Assembly: GCF_009914755.1 (NCBI RefSeq)
Contig: NC_060942.1
DNA: 64,000 nt
Reading direction: 5' to 3' (one strand)
Origin: the human T2T-CHM13v2.0 reference genome, Homo sapiens
A program made the translations under genes and the position numbers. Shown one piece after another: positions 30,261 to 45,107 of this stretch. The first letter of the stretch is position 1, and each line of letters opens with the position of its first letter. The notes beneath the pieces are model-generated. The model was not told the origin of the DNA, ran no database searches, and worked only from the letters and a program-made list of their open reading frames with translations.

Positions 30261-31429
30261 TTTTAATCTGTAACATCTGTCGAACTTAAAATCAGGTTTC
30301 CGTGAATATCTGATAATTTTGATTATGAGATTGTAGACTACTCAAAAGTAAATTTAAAAAGTCAAGATTCTGGTAACTAGCTTCAGAATTAATAATAAAT
30401 TTCATGCTGAAACAAATTTCCCTTGAAGAAAAGAAAATAAAGACTAATATTTTAAGCACTAATAATCTTTAATTAAATATTTTATTATCAACATCATAGT
30501 TTTTAAGACCTGTCATGTGTACAATAATGTTATAGAAAGCTAAGATAAAAATCTACATTCTACCTAACCAAATGCTTTCACACAACAGAAATTCTTGAAC
30601 ATTTCTTTCTGTTAACTCTATTGTTTATCTCGTCTGTAAATTGAATTGATTTGGTTAAATTAATTGCTAAAAATTAAATTGCTTATTGTATGGAAAGTTA
30701 CTAGAACAATACTAGGCACTTAAGTTTACACATATATATACACACATATATGTGTATATATGTGTATATATTCACACATAAATATTTGTAATTATTATTC
30801 ATTTATTATTATAGCTAATTTAATTTTTTAAAGAATGTTATATTTACATCATAGCTAACTTTTATGCCTTAAATATATTTTTCTCACCTTGTACTTTTGC
30901 ATTCTCTCTCTCTTTTGCTCCTCACAGAACTCCTTTTCAATAGGTAAAAGACTTTTTTATAGATAATCCACCTGAATTCAGAGCTTTAGGGACTGACTCA
31001 TGGTTACTTACCTGGTAAGTTGAGCAGCTGTGTTTTAAACTCAAACTCCTGAGGTGTTGAATACGTTCACTAACTTGGACAATGGTGTTATGTCTGCATA
31101 AATATGCCAAAGTACTTCAAATCTTACACATTAAACAAGTGGCGTTAGTTGTATGTCAGTTATAAAACAATATACGTGTACATATATGTGTATATTTTTG
31201 TATTTAATTGTTAACAACAAATATATATTACACAAGGAGAAAAAATGAAGATTCTCTTGAAAATATAAAATGCACACATTGCAAACATTTTATTCAACTC
31301 TGTAGTTAATGAGGGAACTATTAAGATGTTTAAATTGGTTTAAAGTACATTTGAAGAGCTGAATATTTATAGGCAATTAATAAAGAAATATTAAGATAGG
31401 TTTGCTGAGTTAGATGCAAAGCTGGTTTG

Positions 31430-31731
<302 letters not shown>

Positions 31732-32689
31732 TTAATGTCTGACAGGGTCATAAATAGTAAATGTTGGGCTTATTTTTGAGTAAAATATGTTTGTACTTCC
31801 ACTAAACAGCAACATGTAAGTTCAAATCAGCCTTTACAGTGTTATAAAATAGCCTAATTTATAGTGAGTTGATCAGAGGTGCCAGCCCAGAACTGCATCA
31901 AAAGGACTCTCAATAATATCTTTTGTCTCTTTCCATATTTCAGGTAACTTTTCTAAGAAAGATTTCCTTGTTTAATATTCATGTTTTCAATATGCTTTTA
32001 ATATGCTTTAAATCATAATTTGAAGCATTTGCTATAAACAAGATGAATTTTGAACAGGCTCTCACTATAATTCTCAAAAGCTGTATATTCATTTTACCTA
32101 ATATTTTGTTTAGCTCATTTCGTGAGAAACTATATTTGTCTTTAATGCATAAAACAAGAAAAAAATTTTTATATCACTGATCAAGAAGACCCTAATGTGT
32201 AATGTACCTTGCTAGGACCTATGTATATAATACCTTTTTTTACTTACATTTAGATTGAAAAAATTAACTTTGCTATGCTTTATTTTCTTTTATTCCATAA
32301 ATCTGTTAAATAAATTTTATGCGCTTCCTGCTAATCACTTAAATATTACAAATTAGCTCACATTCCCATGTGCTGGCAATATTTTCTCATATCGATGTAA
32401 TACGGCCTGTACGATACATGTAATATGGCCTGTACTCTGGAAACCATCTGTGTATAATATTTCAAATAATAGTTATGTGGCAACTTACTTTTTATCCTCA
32501 AATGAAATCAGTTTTTACAATAAGAAAAAAATCATTTCCTCAGACTGTCGTATGCTTTATTATTGCAAATAATACTATTACGCATGAAGAGGGAATTTAA
32601 ATTAATTTGTGCACTAAAGTTAATTAAGTCAAAGTCTTGACCTCACATTATTTGTTAATACTTATTGGAGTTACACAGCATGTTCAGTT

Positions 32690-33360
32690 ACATAGCAAAT
32701 ATTTATTTGATGTAATCTATGAGCCAGGCATTGTTCTAGGCTGAGATGTGGCAGCGAATGTAAAAGACCAAAACTTCTTGGTGAGTACATTCCAGTTTAT
32801 GGCAACATATCAGTCAGGAAGACTACCTAGGATGAAAGGTGGTTCTAAGGCTAGCAAGGGAAGAAAGGCTGGCAAATATTAGGGAGTGCAGGATGAATAG
32901 CTGCTTTTCTTTCTTTTTCTTTTTTTTTCTTTTGAGACGGAGTTTTGCTCTGTCACCCAGGCTGGACTGTAGGGGCATGATGATCTCAGCTCACTGCAAC
33001 CTCTGCCTCCCGGGTTCAAGCAGTTCTCCTGCCTCAGCCTCCTGAGTAGCTGGGACTACAGGTGCACGCTGTCTTTTTTGTATTTTAGTATAGACGGGGT
33101 TTTACTGTGTTGCTCAGACTGTTCTCGAACTCCTGAGCTCTGGCAATCTGCTCACCTCGGCCTCCCAAAGTGCTAGAATTACAGGCGTGAAGCTGCAATT
33201 TGAAACAGAATTTTCAGAGAAGGACTCACTGGAGAAGTGACCTTTCATTTAATAGGAAGACCTGCAGTAAATGAACAAAGTAACTACAGGAATATGCACT
33301 AAAAGTGCAGGGGAAAAGAGCTGGTGAGAAAGCCACAGTGAAGAGCAGAGCTTGCTGATG
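32690..33360 (-). mobile_element. L2 3' region, interrupted by an Alu
   Basis: caaatatttatt...ctatgagccaggcattgttctagg...cagagaaggactcactggagaagtgacctt. Confidence 0.65.
32905..33190 (-). mobile_element. AluS (slightly 5'-truncated, small central deletion)
   Basis: Antisense Alu ending acaggcgtga; flanks share agctgc. Confidence 0.93.
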
Positions 33361-35510
33361 ATGAATGCATAACGCAAGTCTTTGTCAGTAAATAATTAGC
33401 TTTCCTATGTTTACAAACAGGACATAATCCTTGATGGTTTGTTAAATAACATATTGGCAATAAGAAAATTCAAGAATTTGGATTTCACCTTATACAATAT
33501 TTTATTCCACTAGCCAGAATTAATGTCAAACGTAACCATAACAGATGCCAAAGCAATTTCACACACGACAGGTTAAACAGTTCCTGGAAGTGGCATAATT
33601 TCTGGTTTGGGAAACCAAAGTCTAATTCTGAGGCATTTATGCTGGTAATCACTACTTTTCTCCATTCTAAATAACAACTCCAGGAGGTTATCTCAGGAGA
33701 GAGAGCAGTTTATACTTTTTCAATATAAAATAGATCAAATTTTCATGATGTGGTAGCTGTAGATGTTGTATGAGTAAACACAAGCTATGATGTCTATGGC
33801 ATACTTCATTTTTGAAAACATATTATCGAAAGCACTCATTTAAATAAATTTTAGATTAAATGAATACATCATAGGAATTATACATCTAATTCATCTTGGA
33901 CCCTATTATGTAGCACTGTTCCTCCTGATACATTATGAAAATTTAATTAACATTTAAAAAAATGAATGAATAAAGTAATTCAAACAGAAACCATATAATA
34001 TACTTTTTGGAATTTATTGCTCTACTTATTGAATGATAGATATACAAAGGAATAAAAACCTATGAATAGCAAACACAAAAAGCCATGCCTATAAGTGAAT
34101 AATGCTATTCATTAATCCTTAAGTTAATTTTTTATTCAGTCTCTCTTTTATCTTTAAAATATTTTAGAATACAAATTAACATCTATGTTTCTCTCATCAT
34201 TGTTTAGTGCTCCGTAACCCTAATAAGTATTGAATTTACTTTTGTACCTTCAAATGAGTGGTTTTTTAACTTAAGATTTTTATTTACAACTTTTAACTTC
34301 AGATAGCTTGGACTTACCTTCTGACTCATAGATTAGAGCAATTAGGAGACATGATTAGATAAAGGTCAACTCTTAGTTACCCGGAACTACCAAATAGCCA
34401 CCATCCATTACTTTCTAGATATAATAAATTATATAACTTTTCACTGGAAACTTGTATAAATTCTTATAATCTCCAATTTTATCTCTCTAACCCCCTTTTT
34501 AAGTTATCCAACTTCATAGGACTTCTTTTTCATGATGAACAACACATTACAAGGGAAAGTTATTTGGGCTTATAACAAAGAAAATAACACATAATTTTAT
34601 AGAGAAATAGTTAAAAATAACAAAATGTTGGCAAAGTAGGTTACAACCAAAAATGTAAGCCATTGCTCATTTTTTCTGACATGACTCTTACTGTGAAAAA
34701 TAGTATGAATAAAACAGCATAACAAAGAATTGTATTTTCAAAGTGCAGAAAAAAAATAGACTGAAACTTTACCTTTTGTATCCCTGATAATAACATCTCC
34801 TCCTTCATCAGGCAACTGTAGGATACTTAGTGCAGTATTTAACCTCTCTGGGCATTAGAAAACCAAACTAGCTAAACCTCTCTGAGCCCTAGTAAAACCA
34901 GAGCACTGAGCTAGAGATCTCCAGTGTCACTTTCATCTACAATATTTCAATTTCTTAAGTTTCCCCAAAACACTAAATTTTAGAGCAGTACAAATCCAAC
35001 CCAAATTTTTACACTATTTGCCTGTGTTTACTGCTTCATTAGATTTGATGTTCTGAATCATGAGTTTAAAGCAGTATAAAATTCTAAATTAAATATTGTG
35101 TTTTGGATATATACTCAGAAAAGGGATTACAGAATTATATTTTAGTTCTACTTTTAGTTTTTTGAAGAACCTTTATATTGTTTTCTATTATACAATTTCT
35201 ATCCTAATTTACATTCCCACCAAAAGTATGCAAGGGTTCCCTTTTCTCCACTTTCTGACCATCACTTGTTATCTTTTGTCTTTTGATAATAACCATTTTA
35301 AGTGGTGTGAGGTAAAATCTTCTTGTGGTTTTAATTGTATTTCTCTAATGATTAGTGATGTTGAACATTTTTTCATATACCTGTTGGCCATTTGTATCTC
35401 TTCTTTAGAGAAATGTCTATTCAGGTTCTTCAACTGATTTTTAAATCAGGTTATTTGTTTCCTTGCTATTGAGTTGTATCCATTCCTTACATATTCTAGA
35501 TACTAACTCC

Positions 35511-35667
35511 TTATCAGAGGTACAGTTTGCAAAATTTTCTTCCATTCTGTAGGTTGTCTTTTCACTCTGTTGATCATTTTCTTTGCTATGCAGAAGCATT
35601 TTAGTTATCAGATGTACAGTTTGCAAAATTTTTCTTCCATTCTGTAGGTTGTCTCTTCAGTCTGTTG

Positions 35668-35714
<47 letters not shown>

Positions 35715-35744
35715 GTATATTTTTGGTGTGCAGAAGCATTTTAG
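35511..35744. repeat. ~94-bp tandem duplication inside L1, with (TA)n expansion in copy 2
   Basis: ttatcagaggtacagtttgcaaaatttt...cagaagcattttag (35511-35604) repeated at 35605-35744, with a (TA)n tract at ~35668-35720. Confidence 0.93.
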
Positions 35745-36493
35745 TTTGATGTATTTTCATATGTCTGTTTTTTGCTTTGCTGCCTGTGCTTCAGCGGTCA
35801 TATCCAAAAAAAATCATTGCCCAGACCAGTCATGAAGCTTTTTTCATATGTTTTCTTCTGGTAATTTCACAGTTTCAAATCTTACATTTAGGTCTTTAAT
35901 TCATTTTGAGGTGACTTTTGTATATGATAAGAGATAAGGGTCTAATTTCATTATTCTGTGTGTGATTATCCAGTTGTTCCCACACCATTTAGGTGTTCTT
36001 TGTACCTTTGGTGAAAATAAATTGACTACAATAAATAGGTAGATTTATTTCTGGGCTCTGCAGTCTATTTCACTGTTATATGTGTTTGTATTTATGCCAG
36101 TGCCATGATGTTTTGATTAACATAGCTTTGTAGTATATTTTGAAGTCAGGTAATGTGATGCCTCTAGCTTTTTTGTTTTTGTTTTATTTATTTATTTATT
36201 TTCCTCAAGATTTCTTCAGCCATTCAGAAACTTTTGTGGTTCCATCTAAATTTTAGGACTGTTTTTATCTATTTCTGTGAAAAATGTCATTGGAATTTGT
36301 AGATTGCTTTCAATAGTATGAACATGTTAATAATATTTAGTCTTCAAGTTCATGAGCATGCAATATGTTTCCATTTATTTGTGTCTCCTTTAATTTTTTT
36401 CATTAATAGTTTTCAGTGTATAAGTCTTTCATCTCCTTGGTTAAACTTATTCCTAAACATTTATTTCTAAGCATTTTACTATATATATTTTAG

Positions 36494-36642
<149 letters not shown>

Positions 36643-36916
36643 AGTTTGTTTTTGATTACTTTTTCAGATAATTTATTCTTAATGTATAGAAACACTATTA
36701 ATTTTTGTGTGTTTATTTTGTTTCTTGTAATTCTGCTGAATTCTTTCATTAGTTCTACAGTTTTTGGTGGAGTCTTTAGGGTTTTCTATAGAAAAGTTTG
36801 TGTGATCTGTGAAAAGAGACAATTTAACTTACTCCTTCAATTTTAATGCCTTTGGTTTCTTTCTCTTGCCTAAGTGCTCTGTTCATTTCTGCTCTTATTC
36901 TCCAGCTCCAATTATA

Positions 36917-36986
36917 TTTGGTTGGTGCAAAGGTAATTGTGTTTTTTTTGCCATGACTTCCAATGGCTATCTTTGCACGAACCTAA
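36917..36986. mobile_element. MADE1 (Hsmar1 MITE) with deletion in one arm
   Basis: tttggttggtgcaaaggtaattg...ttgccat...atggc...tttgcacgaacctaa flanked by TA on both sides. Confidence 0.92.
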
Positions 36987-36999
36987 TACGTATTTTATA

Positions 37000-38220
37000 A
37001 TAGCTTATCTTTTATGGATTATTAAGACTGTTTACATTTGTTTTCAGTTTTTTGTTTGTTTATGTTATTCCTTGTGCTTTAGTTTTAATAATTGCTCTCT
37101 ACTCACCTTGAAGTTCATTGGTCCTTTATTCTATATTTACTAATCAGTTGGCTCTTTGTTCCATGTCATGTATTTTCAATAACAGATATTTTAATTTTCA
37201 GATCTAATATTTGCAACTGGTTCTATTTGTCATAGATATCCTGACATTTTCTATCTTTTTATTATTATACTCTTTCTTTCCTATAGTTTTTAATAACATA
37301 GTCTTAGGTTTATTTAAAAATTCCTGCCTTTTTTATGTAATATAATAATTACTCCTAGTTCTATCTTTCTATTTATTCCATAAGTCTGATTATTTTTTTT
37401 CTTACTGGAAATTGTGGATGTTATTGTAAAGAGAACCTGGATATTTTTATCTTTCTCTAATGTGTTGATTTTTTTCTCTAGGAGGAATTACTTTACTGAC
37501 AGATAACCTTCATACTCTAAAAGTTTAGTTTTAGACTTGGTTCAGTTGGCTATATTTCAGTTTTTCTCCAAGTTATTAGTAGTGCAATAAAATCTTTATT
37601 CCCAAGGCATGGCTTTTTGATGGTTTAAATGGAAATTCTAAGGTATTTATCTAGCCCCTAAGTTTTTTTGGTTTGAACTTTAAAATATAACTTTTCTGGA
37701 ACTGAATAGCTGTTGAAATCTCTGCTCAGTATTTTTAGCCTTGCTACCTATTTTTTTTTTTTACTCTGGATTTCTTAGATTTATGCCTGTTATACATGCA
37801 GTTCAGTATTCAGCTAAGTGTTAGAGTGAATTTTGTATGTAGGAAGATTAGGCTTTCCCACTGTAGCATCTTCGATTTGGGATTTTCTGGTCTGAATTTT
37901 CTGCCACTCTGATGGGCTTAAATCTTCATCTCTATTCTTCAATGTAGTAATACTCTTACTTTCTGCATGAACTGTATTATCTGAGTACCATGCATATCAG
38001 TGAGTATCTCCAGAGAGAAATTAGATAAAAATTGAGTCTTAAGCACTGTGAATTCCATCCTTGAAGGACTTTATGTCTTTTAGTTTCTACCTGTTATTGT
38101 ATGCTTTCTAGTACTTTCAGATAATGGATTTTTATATTTTTTTCAGAATTTGTCATTTTTGATGGCAGAAAAGATAGTCTTATATAAACTATTCATTCAT
38201 TATTATCAAAACCAGAATTT
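37000..38220 (-). mobile_element. Ancient L1M/HAL1-like 5'/ORF1 region
   Basis: T-rich strand bias, ttttcagatctaatatttgcaactggttct, and 5'-end-like attcattcattattatcaaaaccagaa. Confidence 0.5.
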
Positions 38221-38290
38221 AATGCCCACATTTGGAGAAAGGAGACACATGACACACGTTTAAACGTGTATAGTCTATAGTCTTCTTTGA

Positions 38291-38618
<328 letters not shown>

Positions 38619-39079
38619 TATTACATTATTGAGAACATTTTGTACATTTGATTGATCAATAGATTAATCTAGGAGTGTGAGAATTTGATTGGAAATTTTA
38701 TTTTAATCATGTATTTTTTTTAATTTTGTAATGCTGTATGTAGAAATGACAAGATAATAATTTTCTCTTTATCTAATGACAAGCTCATTTTCACATGATG
38801 ATTTCAGTATATCTTATAAAATATCATGAAGGAGATATACAAACACTTAGAACTATTGCAAATAAACTTTTGTGTAAATTTATTTGGAAAGTGTAATGAT
38901 TATAATGAGAATGTGATTGACGATTCAGGTCATATCCTTGAAAGGAAGCATCATATTCAAAACAGATGCTTACATCTGATTTCAACTCTAGTTTTTATTG
39001 GAAGTGTTTATTAGTAGAAATTGGGCAAAAATGTCATTTTATATTTTACATCTACCCTTTCACAGTCTGATATCAAGCA

Positions 39080-39212
39080 GTTTAGTAGTTCCCAAAGGGT
39101 AGTGTTGTTTTGAGAGCTGGTTAACAATGAAAATATATGAGGAGCCTGGGAATTCAAATTTATGGTAAGTTTCTCAGGTTATCTTCATGTACAAAATTTG
39201 AAGACAACTGAT
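39080..39212. mobile_element. MER5-like hAT MITE fragment
   Basis: tagtagttcccaaag...gagcctgggaattc...aagtttctcaggttatcttcatg...tttgaagacaactg. Confidence 0.5.
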
Positions 39213-40329
39213 TTCAAAAGTAGATCATTCTCCAGTTTGGTCATAAAATCATGATTAATTTTTAAATTTCTTTCTCTAGGAACTTCAAAAATTCTCATGT
39301 CATATTGATAAAATGCTTACAAACAATAGCACAAAGACCAAACTTATAAGGAGAAATTGACAACGGTTGGTTCACGCAAACTCAAAATAATAATTCAAAA
39401 AGCAGGTCAAAAGGAAGATTGGCAACCTGCAGCATATTATACAAACTACAGCTCTTGCTTTCCATGAAATGCTTCTCCTTATATTTACAATGTAAAAGGA
39501 CTACATTGGCCCAATCTTCAAGATAAATAACAAAACCGACAATTTTTTAAGCACTTGCCTAAACAGGTGGTGATGAAAAGCAGAAACTATATTTACAATA
39601 CTAAACAATAGAAAAATACTCAAAGTAAACTTAGGATGGTTAACAGAATCTGAGACCTGGCACTGATTAAAAGAAGGGTAGATATGACTTCCAGCCCTGG
39701 TTCTTGGCTATATTGGGGGTTAAAAAAAAAAAAAAAAAAGCTCTACAAGATCTGTATCTTTCACTTCAGCCCACCAGAGGGAGAGCAGATAGGAGTCTGT
39801 TTTGACTTAAGCAATAGCTGGGAATATAGAGCATACTCTCACCCAATATCCCCTGAGGCTTTATCACTTGGTCACTTCATGGAGTATTTACTATTTGGAC
39901 ATAGGTTTATTATGCCTAGATGTGAAGACAAATTCAAAAGAACAGGATTAAATATTAATCCTTTATATGGAGTTACTTTTTGAGCCTTTAGGATATTCTG
40001 AATAATATTCAATAGATGACATTCTTTCAACATTTTAAAGAAATTAAGAAGATATAATTTCTTTGCACAGAATGCTTATCTCTTTATTCTTTGTTTAAAC
40101 GTAACAATCGTTTAATGTAGAATGGATAACTTCACAATATATAGAAGTGAGATGTACAAGTCTCTTGCTCATGTGGTAAAGGTGCCAGTTTACCAGGATG
40201 TGGTACAACTAGTAACTTCTTAGGATCCATATTCCATGATATGCCTCATGCTGTATCCTCAAGAGTTTATGGCTTTCTTACAGGTTTTGGTCTCTGGAAG
40301 ATACCTTTTCTAACAGCTGCGTAGATGTA

Positions 40330-40550
40330 GAAAAAGGATGCTAATGTAAAAATTTGATTAATACAATGAAAATTCCTTGATTATTTAATGGTATTAAACA
40401 AAAGTTAATTTCTTAGCTTTGACAAATGAACCATGTTTGTGTAAAATGTTAATATAAGAAGAGTTTGGAAAAGGTACATGGGAATTCTCTATACTATCTT
40501 CATGAAACGCTAATCTAAAATTATTTCAAAACTTCAAAATTGTTTAAAAG
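40330..40550 (+). mobile_element. L1MC-type 3' end
   Basis: gttaatttcttagctttgacaaatg...aaaatgttaata...ggtacatgggaattctctatactatctt...tctaaaattatttcaaaa. Confidence 0.8.
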
Positions 40551-41469
40551 TGTATCATGTGACACGAAAGTAAATTTACTTGGGGGATTTTCAGATAATT
40601 TTCTTCAATATAGATGGGAACAGATTTTCACAGCTGTCCTTCATTCCATTTTTATTTTGGCCTTTAGGACTCTTTAAATCAATGATTTTCCCCTGGTTCT
40701 ATTGATCCTTGTGGAATAGGCACAGGATAAATGCTTACTGAATGAATCAGTCCTTTTGATGTATTTAAAGAGCCCTTTTTATTGGGATTTGTATTGCCTT
40801 GAAAGGTGCTCCTAAAATTTTCTTTTCACTCACTTAAGTTTGAATTGCCCCTGACCTCCCACATTGTGTGCTTTTTGGTTCTTTTCATGAAAGACACCCA
40901 TGATGATTTAAAAAGATACATACTGCACTCAGCCTTCTCCCATTCAGCTGTCATGATGGATTCTTTTAACTTTGCTAGTTATCTATCCCTACATGCTTTT
41001 TATTTTACAATATGGCCTTTGATATGAAATGTACATATCAATACAGATCAAAAGAGAATAAATCAGGTCACTGACTAGAGAAAATAGAATAACTTACCGA
41101 ATGCGGTAATACCTGATCTTAAAATTCTTTTTGAAATGCTCCCTAGGTTTCTGTAGGGTTTTCCAACATTCTTTACCATCCAGGTGAATGCTATTTTCAT
41201 GCTTGATTTTCATGTTGATATGTACAGATATTCTCCTTACATTATTCATGTGTAGGCCATTCTGCTCTTTAAGGCTAAACATTTTTTTTCTGTATTCTTG
41301 ACTCAAGCATTTCATTCAGTGATTTCTTTAATATCGTAATTTTTCAACGATTTTCTCTTGCATCTTGAAAAACACTTCTCTCTTTTCAATCTTTCTATTC
41401 AGCCATTTTAAAAGTACTAAAATCTCACCGATTTGGAAAACACACATCATCCTGTCTTGTATTTTCCAC

Positions 41470-42230
41470 AACAGATAAAAATCTTAAAAGCAGTATACAC
41501 TCACGATCTCATTTTCTTTAGCAACTAACACTTCTTTAATTCTGTAGCATCTTTATCACTATTATTCCATTGAAGTGTCCTTTGAAAAGCCCCAATTACT
41601 TGCTACTACCAAATTCCTGAGTCCTTCTGCTCATTGATGTCTCCGGCTTATTGACATGATTGAACTCCCCCTTCCTAGAAATCCTTCTTCACTGACTTCC
41701 ACAACGTTTGAATCTCCTCAAACTATTCTATCCTCCTCAATTGCACTCTTTATCTCCTCTGGTTCTACTCTTTCAGCCTCCCTTTACCTTCTTTTTCTGA
41801 CTCTGTTCTATTACCCCTTATCTATATTGGTTTCTTTATCTATACAACTGTGCACATTGGCTTTACTGCTCACATACGTATGATGACTTTGAAATCTATC
41901 TCTGTCCTTGACATGGCTCCTGAGCAGCAAACTTGACTCTCTAAACATAGTTTGCTACACATTTCTACCAGGGTCATCTGTAAACATTTCATACTCATGC
42001 TATTCAAAATTGAACTCATTCTTTTCATTCTATGAACTGGTCTTGTATGTATTTCTCAATGTGAATGATACTAACACACATTTTCACAGTTACCCTTAAC
42101 AATTGTTCTATATTCTAGATCTGTCTAATTTGCTTATAGTTTTTGCTTCTCTACTACTTCCACTTCCACTTCCCAAGAACTCATTACCTCTCCTAGAATG
42201 TAGGAGTCATCTCATTACAGAGTACTCTTC
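41470..42230 (+). mobile_element. L2 internal fragment
   Basis: Pyrimidine-rich with ttccattgaa...accaaat, tgatgactttgaaatctatctct and tcaaaattgaactcatt L2-like motifs. Confidence 0.6.
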
Positions 42231-43829
42231 TTAGTGGATTCATCTTTTTTTTTTTTTTTTTTTTTTTTTTTGTAAGCACATCACAAACTTTGAAGTGTTT
42301 AGCTCCAGGCCTACCTAGTAATACTTGCTTTGCCATTCTTATTCCGATAGTGGTTTGGATTTGTCATCAGAGTTTCAATGCCTCTGGTGGAACACACATC
42401 ATAAAAAATCATTGTATTTTTTCTGAGAATTAAAGAAATACACAAGAAGCACAGAATGTCTAAGAGTGATGATTCTTTAAACGTACTCAATTCATTCGAC
42501 TTCAATTTTATCTCTAAAATCCTTCAGCTTTCATGCTCATTTTTCTGCCCCTTCCTCCACATTTCTTCATTTACTACCAATTCTCCATCATTGTAGCCAC
42601 AGAAAACTTGAAACGACTGTCCACCCCCACACCTAAGCTATTCTGTTGGCTCAGGCCAGGAAGTGTGTGGAACATTTTGAACAAATTAGGTCTGAAGGAT
42701 GAGGTCATGGCATTGTGGGAATGAGGAACCAAAGTCAGCACTGGAAGAATGGTTTTGGGCATCAGATTAAAGGAGAAAGTGCAAATGCACAGACAATAGA
42801 AGAACAAGGCAAGATAAGAAAGAGAATAAGAAAGAAAAAGAAAGAAATGGAAAGAAGAAGAAAAAAGTCAGAATGTGAAGGGATTTGAATCAGCTTGAAA
42901 AGTAATTGAATATCTGCATGTATTAAAATATTTAACAGATAGGCCTAGACATGTGAGACTAGGAGATAATTTGGCTGAAATGTAAATAGGGTAAAGAAAA
43001 TAGGTAGCCCTGTATTTTTTTTTTATATTCTTTGTGTTTTTAATTAACGTATTCGCTTAGTATTAAGTTTTCTGGACCTTAAATTGCGGTTTATTGTCAG
43101 TGGACTCATGAGCCCAGTGTAAGCTATCTGTTTCTTAAAACTCTTTCCTTACGTTCTTAAGCAAGGTTAAAATCTGTAGATTCTTTCTTATCCCAGTAGA
43201 AATTATTTGGTTTTGACAGTCACCTTCCTTAAATCTTTCCTGTAAGGTCATATATTTTATGTCCAGGGGCCTGACCATTAGCCCTAAAACTCCAAATGCC
43301 ATTTCACTATAATGTAGGAATTTTTAACAAGAAGATCAGTGGCTCCAGGAACCCCATCAACTCTGAAAGTGCATTGCATTTCTGGATGTCTTTGCAAATG
43401 TTCATGTTTCTGAGTGTCTTTTCAAATATTCTAACAGCTTCTTAAAGACATAGGGAATTTAAAACGGCAGCACTCCCTGAGGTTTCCATGTGAATAAGAT
43501 GATAGAAATCTTAAAAACCATAAACCTTATCATGCTACCCCCTATTTTATAACCTGTTGGGTTCCCCTTGGCTCTTAGAATGAAGAGTGAACATACAGAA
43601 CTACATGTATCCTGTAATAACTGAGCGGTTAGTGAGTTCTGAATTCTCTTCACAGAGCTTGCATCAATTTCCCTTTTGTTCTGTGGTTTACAAACAGATT
43701 GCTTTATTTCAATTCCTTTAAAAGGCTGTGCTTTCTTTCATCTCAGTGTCTTGCATATTTTTTGTGGGGGAGTGGAAAGGGCGAACTCTTTCTGTCATCA
43801 TTCCCCAGCAAGCTCCCTCCACCCCTTTC

Positions 43830-44147
43830 TCCCCATTGCCTTCCATCTCACTTATCATCTTAGCTCAAACTGTACTTTCTTAGTTAACTCTTTTGAGACT
43901 CTTTTGAGACATAATCAGGTTCTACTCTTCCAGGTGTTTATAATGACCCTCTACTTCTATACCATAACAATTATCATAATTTATAATTATAAATTTGATC
44001 TATGATATTATTAATTTCTTATTCTCCCCTTATTGGCTCAAGAGGTCAGGGTTTTGTCTGTTTGTTTTGACTGTATTATTTGTAGCACCTAGTACAGTGT
44101 CTAGCATTTAATACATGGGCAACAGAGACTCATTGAATGAATGAATG
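43830..44147 (+). mobile_element. L2 3' end
   Basis: ttagctcaaactgtac...gaggtcagggttttgtctgtttg...gcacctagtacagtgtctagca...tgaatgaatgaatg. Confidence 0.8.
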
Positions 44148-44465
44148 CATGCTTGCTTTAATACCTTAGAGCTCCTGATTTGAACATTTAGTTACATTTA
44201 TACACAGCATGGCATCCTCCACAGGATTTTAGTACACGGTAAATCATAATTCAGTAATTGTCAACTGAATGACAAGATGTTTTTGTAACAGAAAAATCAT
44301 GCTTTCCTGCAGTTACTCTTATCATCTGTTCTTTTATTTCCCATATGTAAAAATGCTAAATGATCTAATTTTTAGGTTGATTCTTTAAACAAAATATTTC
44401 CAGAAAACAAACACTAATGATCATGTCTAAGTCTTTAAGAATTTCACACATTTTTCACGTGTCCA

Positions 44466-45107
44466 TGAGATGTTTAATTTTATGTGTCAAAATAAAATTA
44501 ATAAAATTTGACCTGGCTAAGGGATGCTAAGACAGTTGGTAAAACATTATTTCTGGGTGCCTCTGTGAGATTGTCTCTGTGAGATTGAAGAGATTAGCAT
44601 TTAAATCAGCAAAGTAAAGATCCATCTTCACCGATGTGGGAAGCACCATCCATTTTGTTAAAGGCATGAATAGAACAAAAAGGCAGAGGAAGAGCTAATT
44701 TGTTCTCTTTGCTTGAACTGAAACATCTGTCTTCCCCTGCTCCCAGACATTGGCACTCCTGGTTCTCTGGCATTTGGAGTCAGACCAGGACTTAGACTGC
44801 TTCTCCCACCCCCCAACACACCGGCCTCCCATTTTCAGGTTTTTGGACTTGGACTGAATTATACCATTGACTTTTCTGGTTCTCCAATTTGCAGATGATA
44901 GATTGTGAAACTTCTCAGTCTCTGTAACTGTGTGAGACAATTTTTAGTATTTACATATATAAAAATGTATATTTATTTTGTAAATTATATTTATATATTT
45001 TGTATATATGTATATTGTACATATTTAATATATATGTATATTTTTATATATATATTTATTTACTTATCCCCTATTGGTTCTGTTTCTTTGGGGACCCCTC
45101 CCTAAAG
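44466..45107 (+). mobile_element. MLT2B-type ERV-L solo LTR
   Basis: tgagatgtttaattttatgtgtcaa...ggtaaaacattatttctgggtg...gaatagaacaaaaaggcagagg...(TA-rich)...cctattggttctgtttct. Confidence 0.93.

Noticed and set aside
42245-42271. T27 run as a retrocopy tail (also A-runs at ~28082, ~39722 and ~52786)
   Set aside because: No poly(A) signal or TSD seen; the runs at 28082 and 52786 are slippage expansions inside ERV-L and L1
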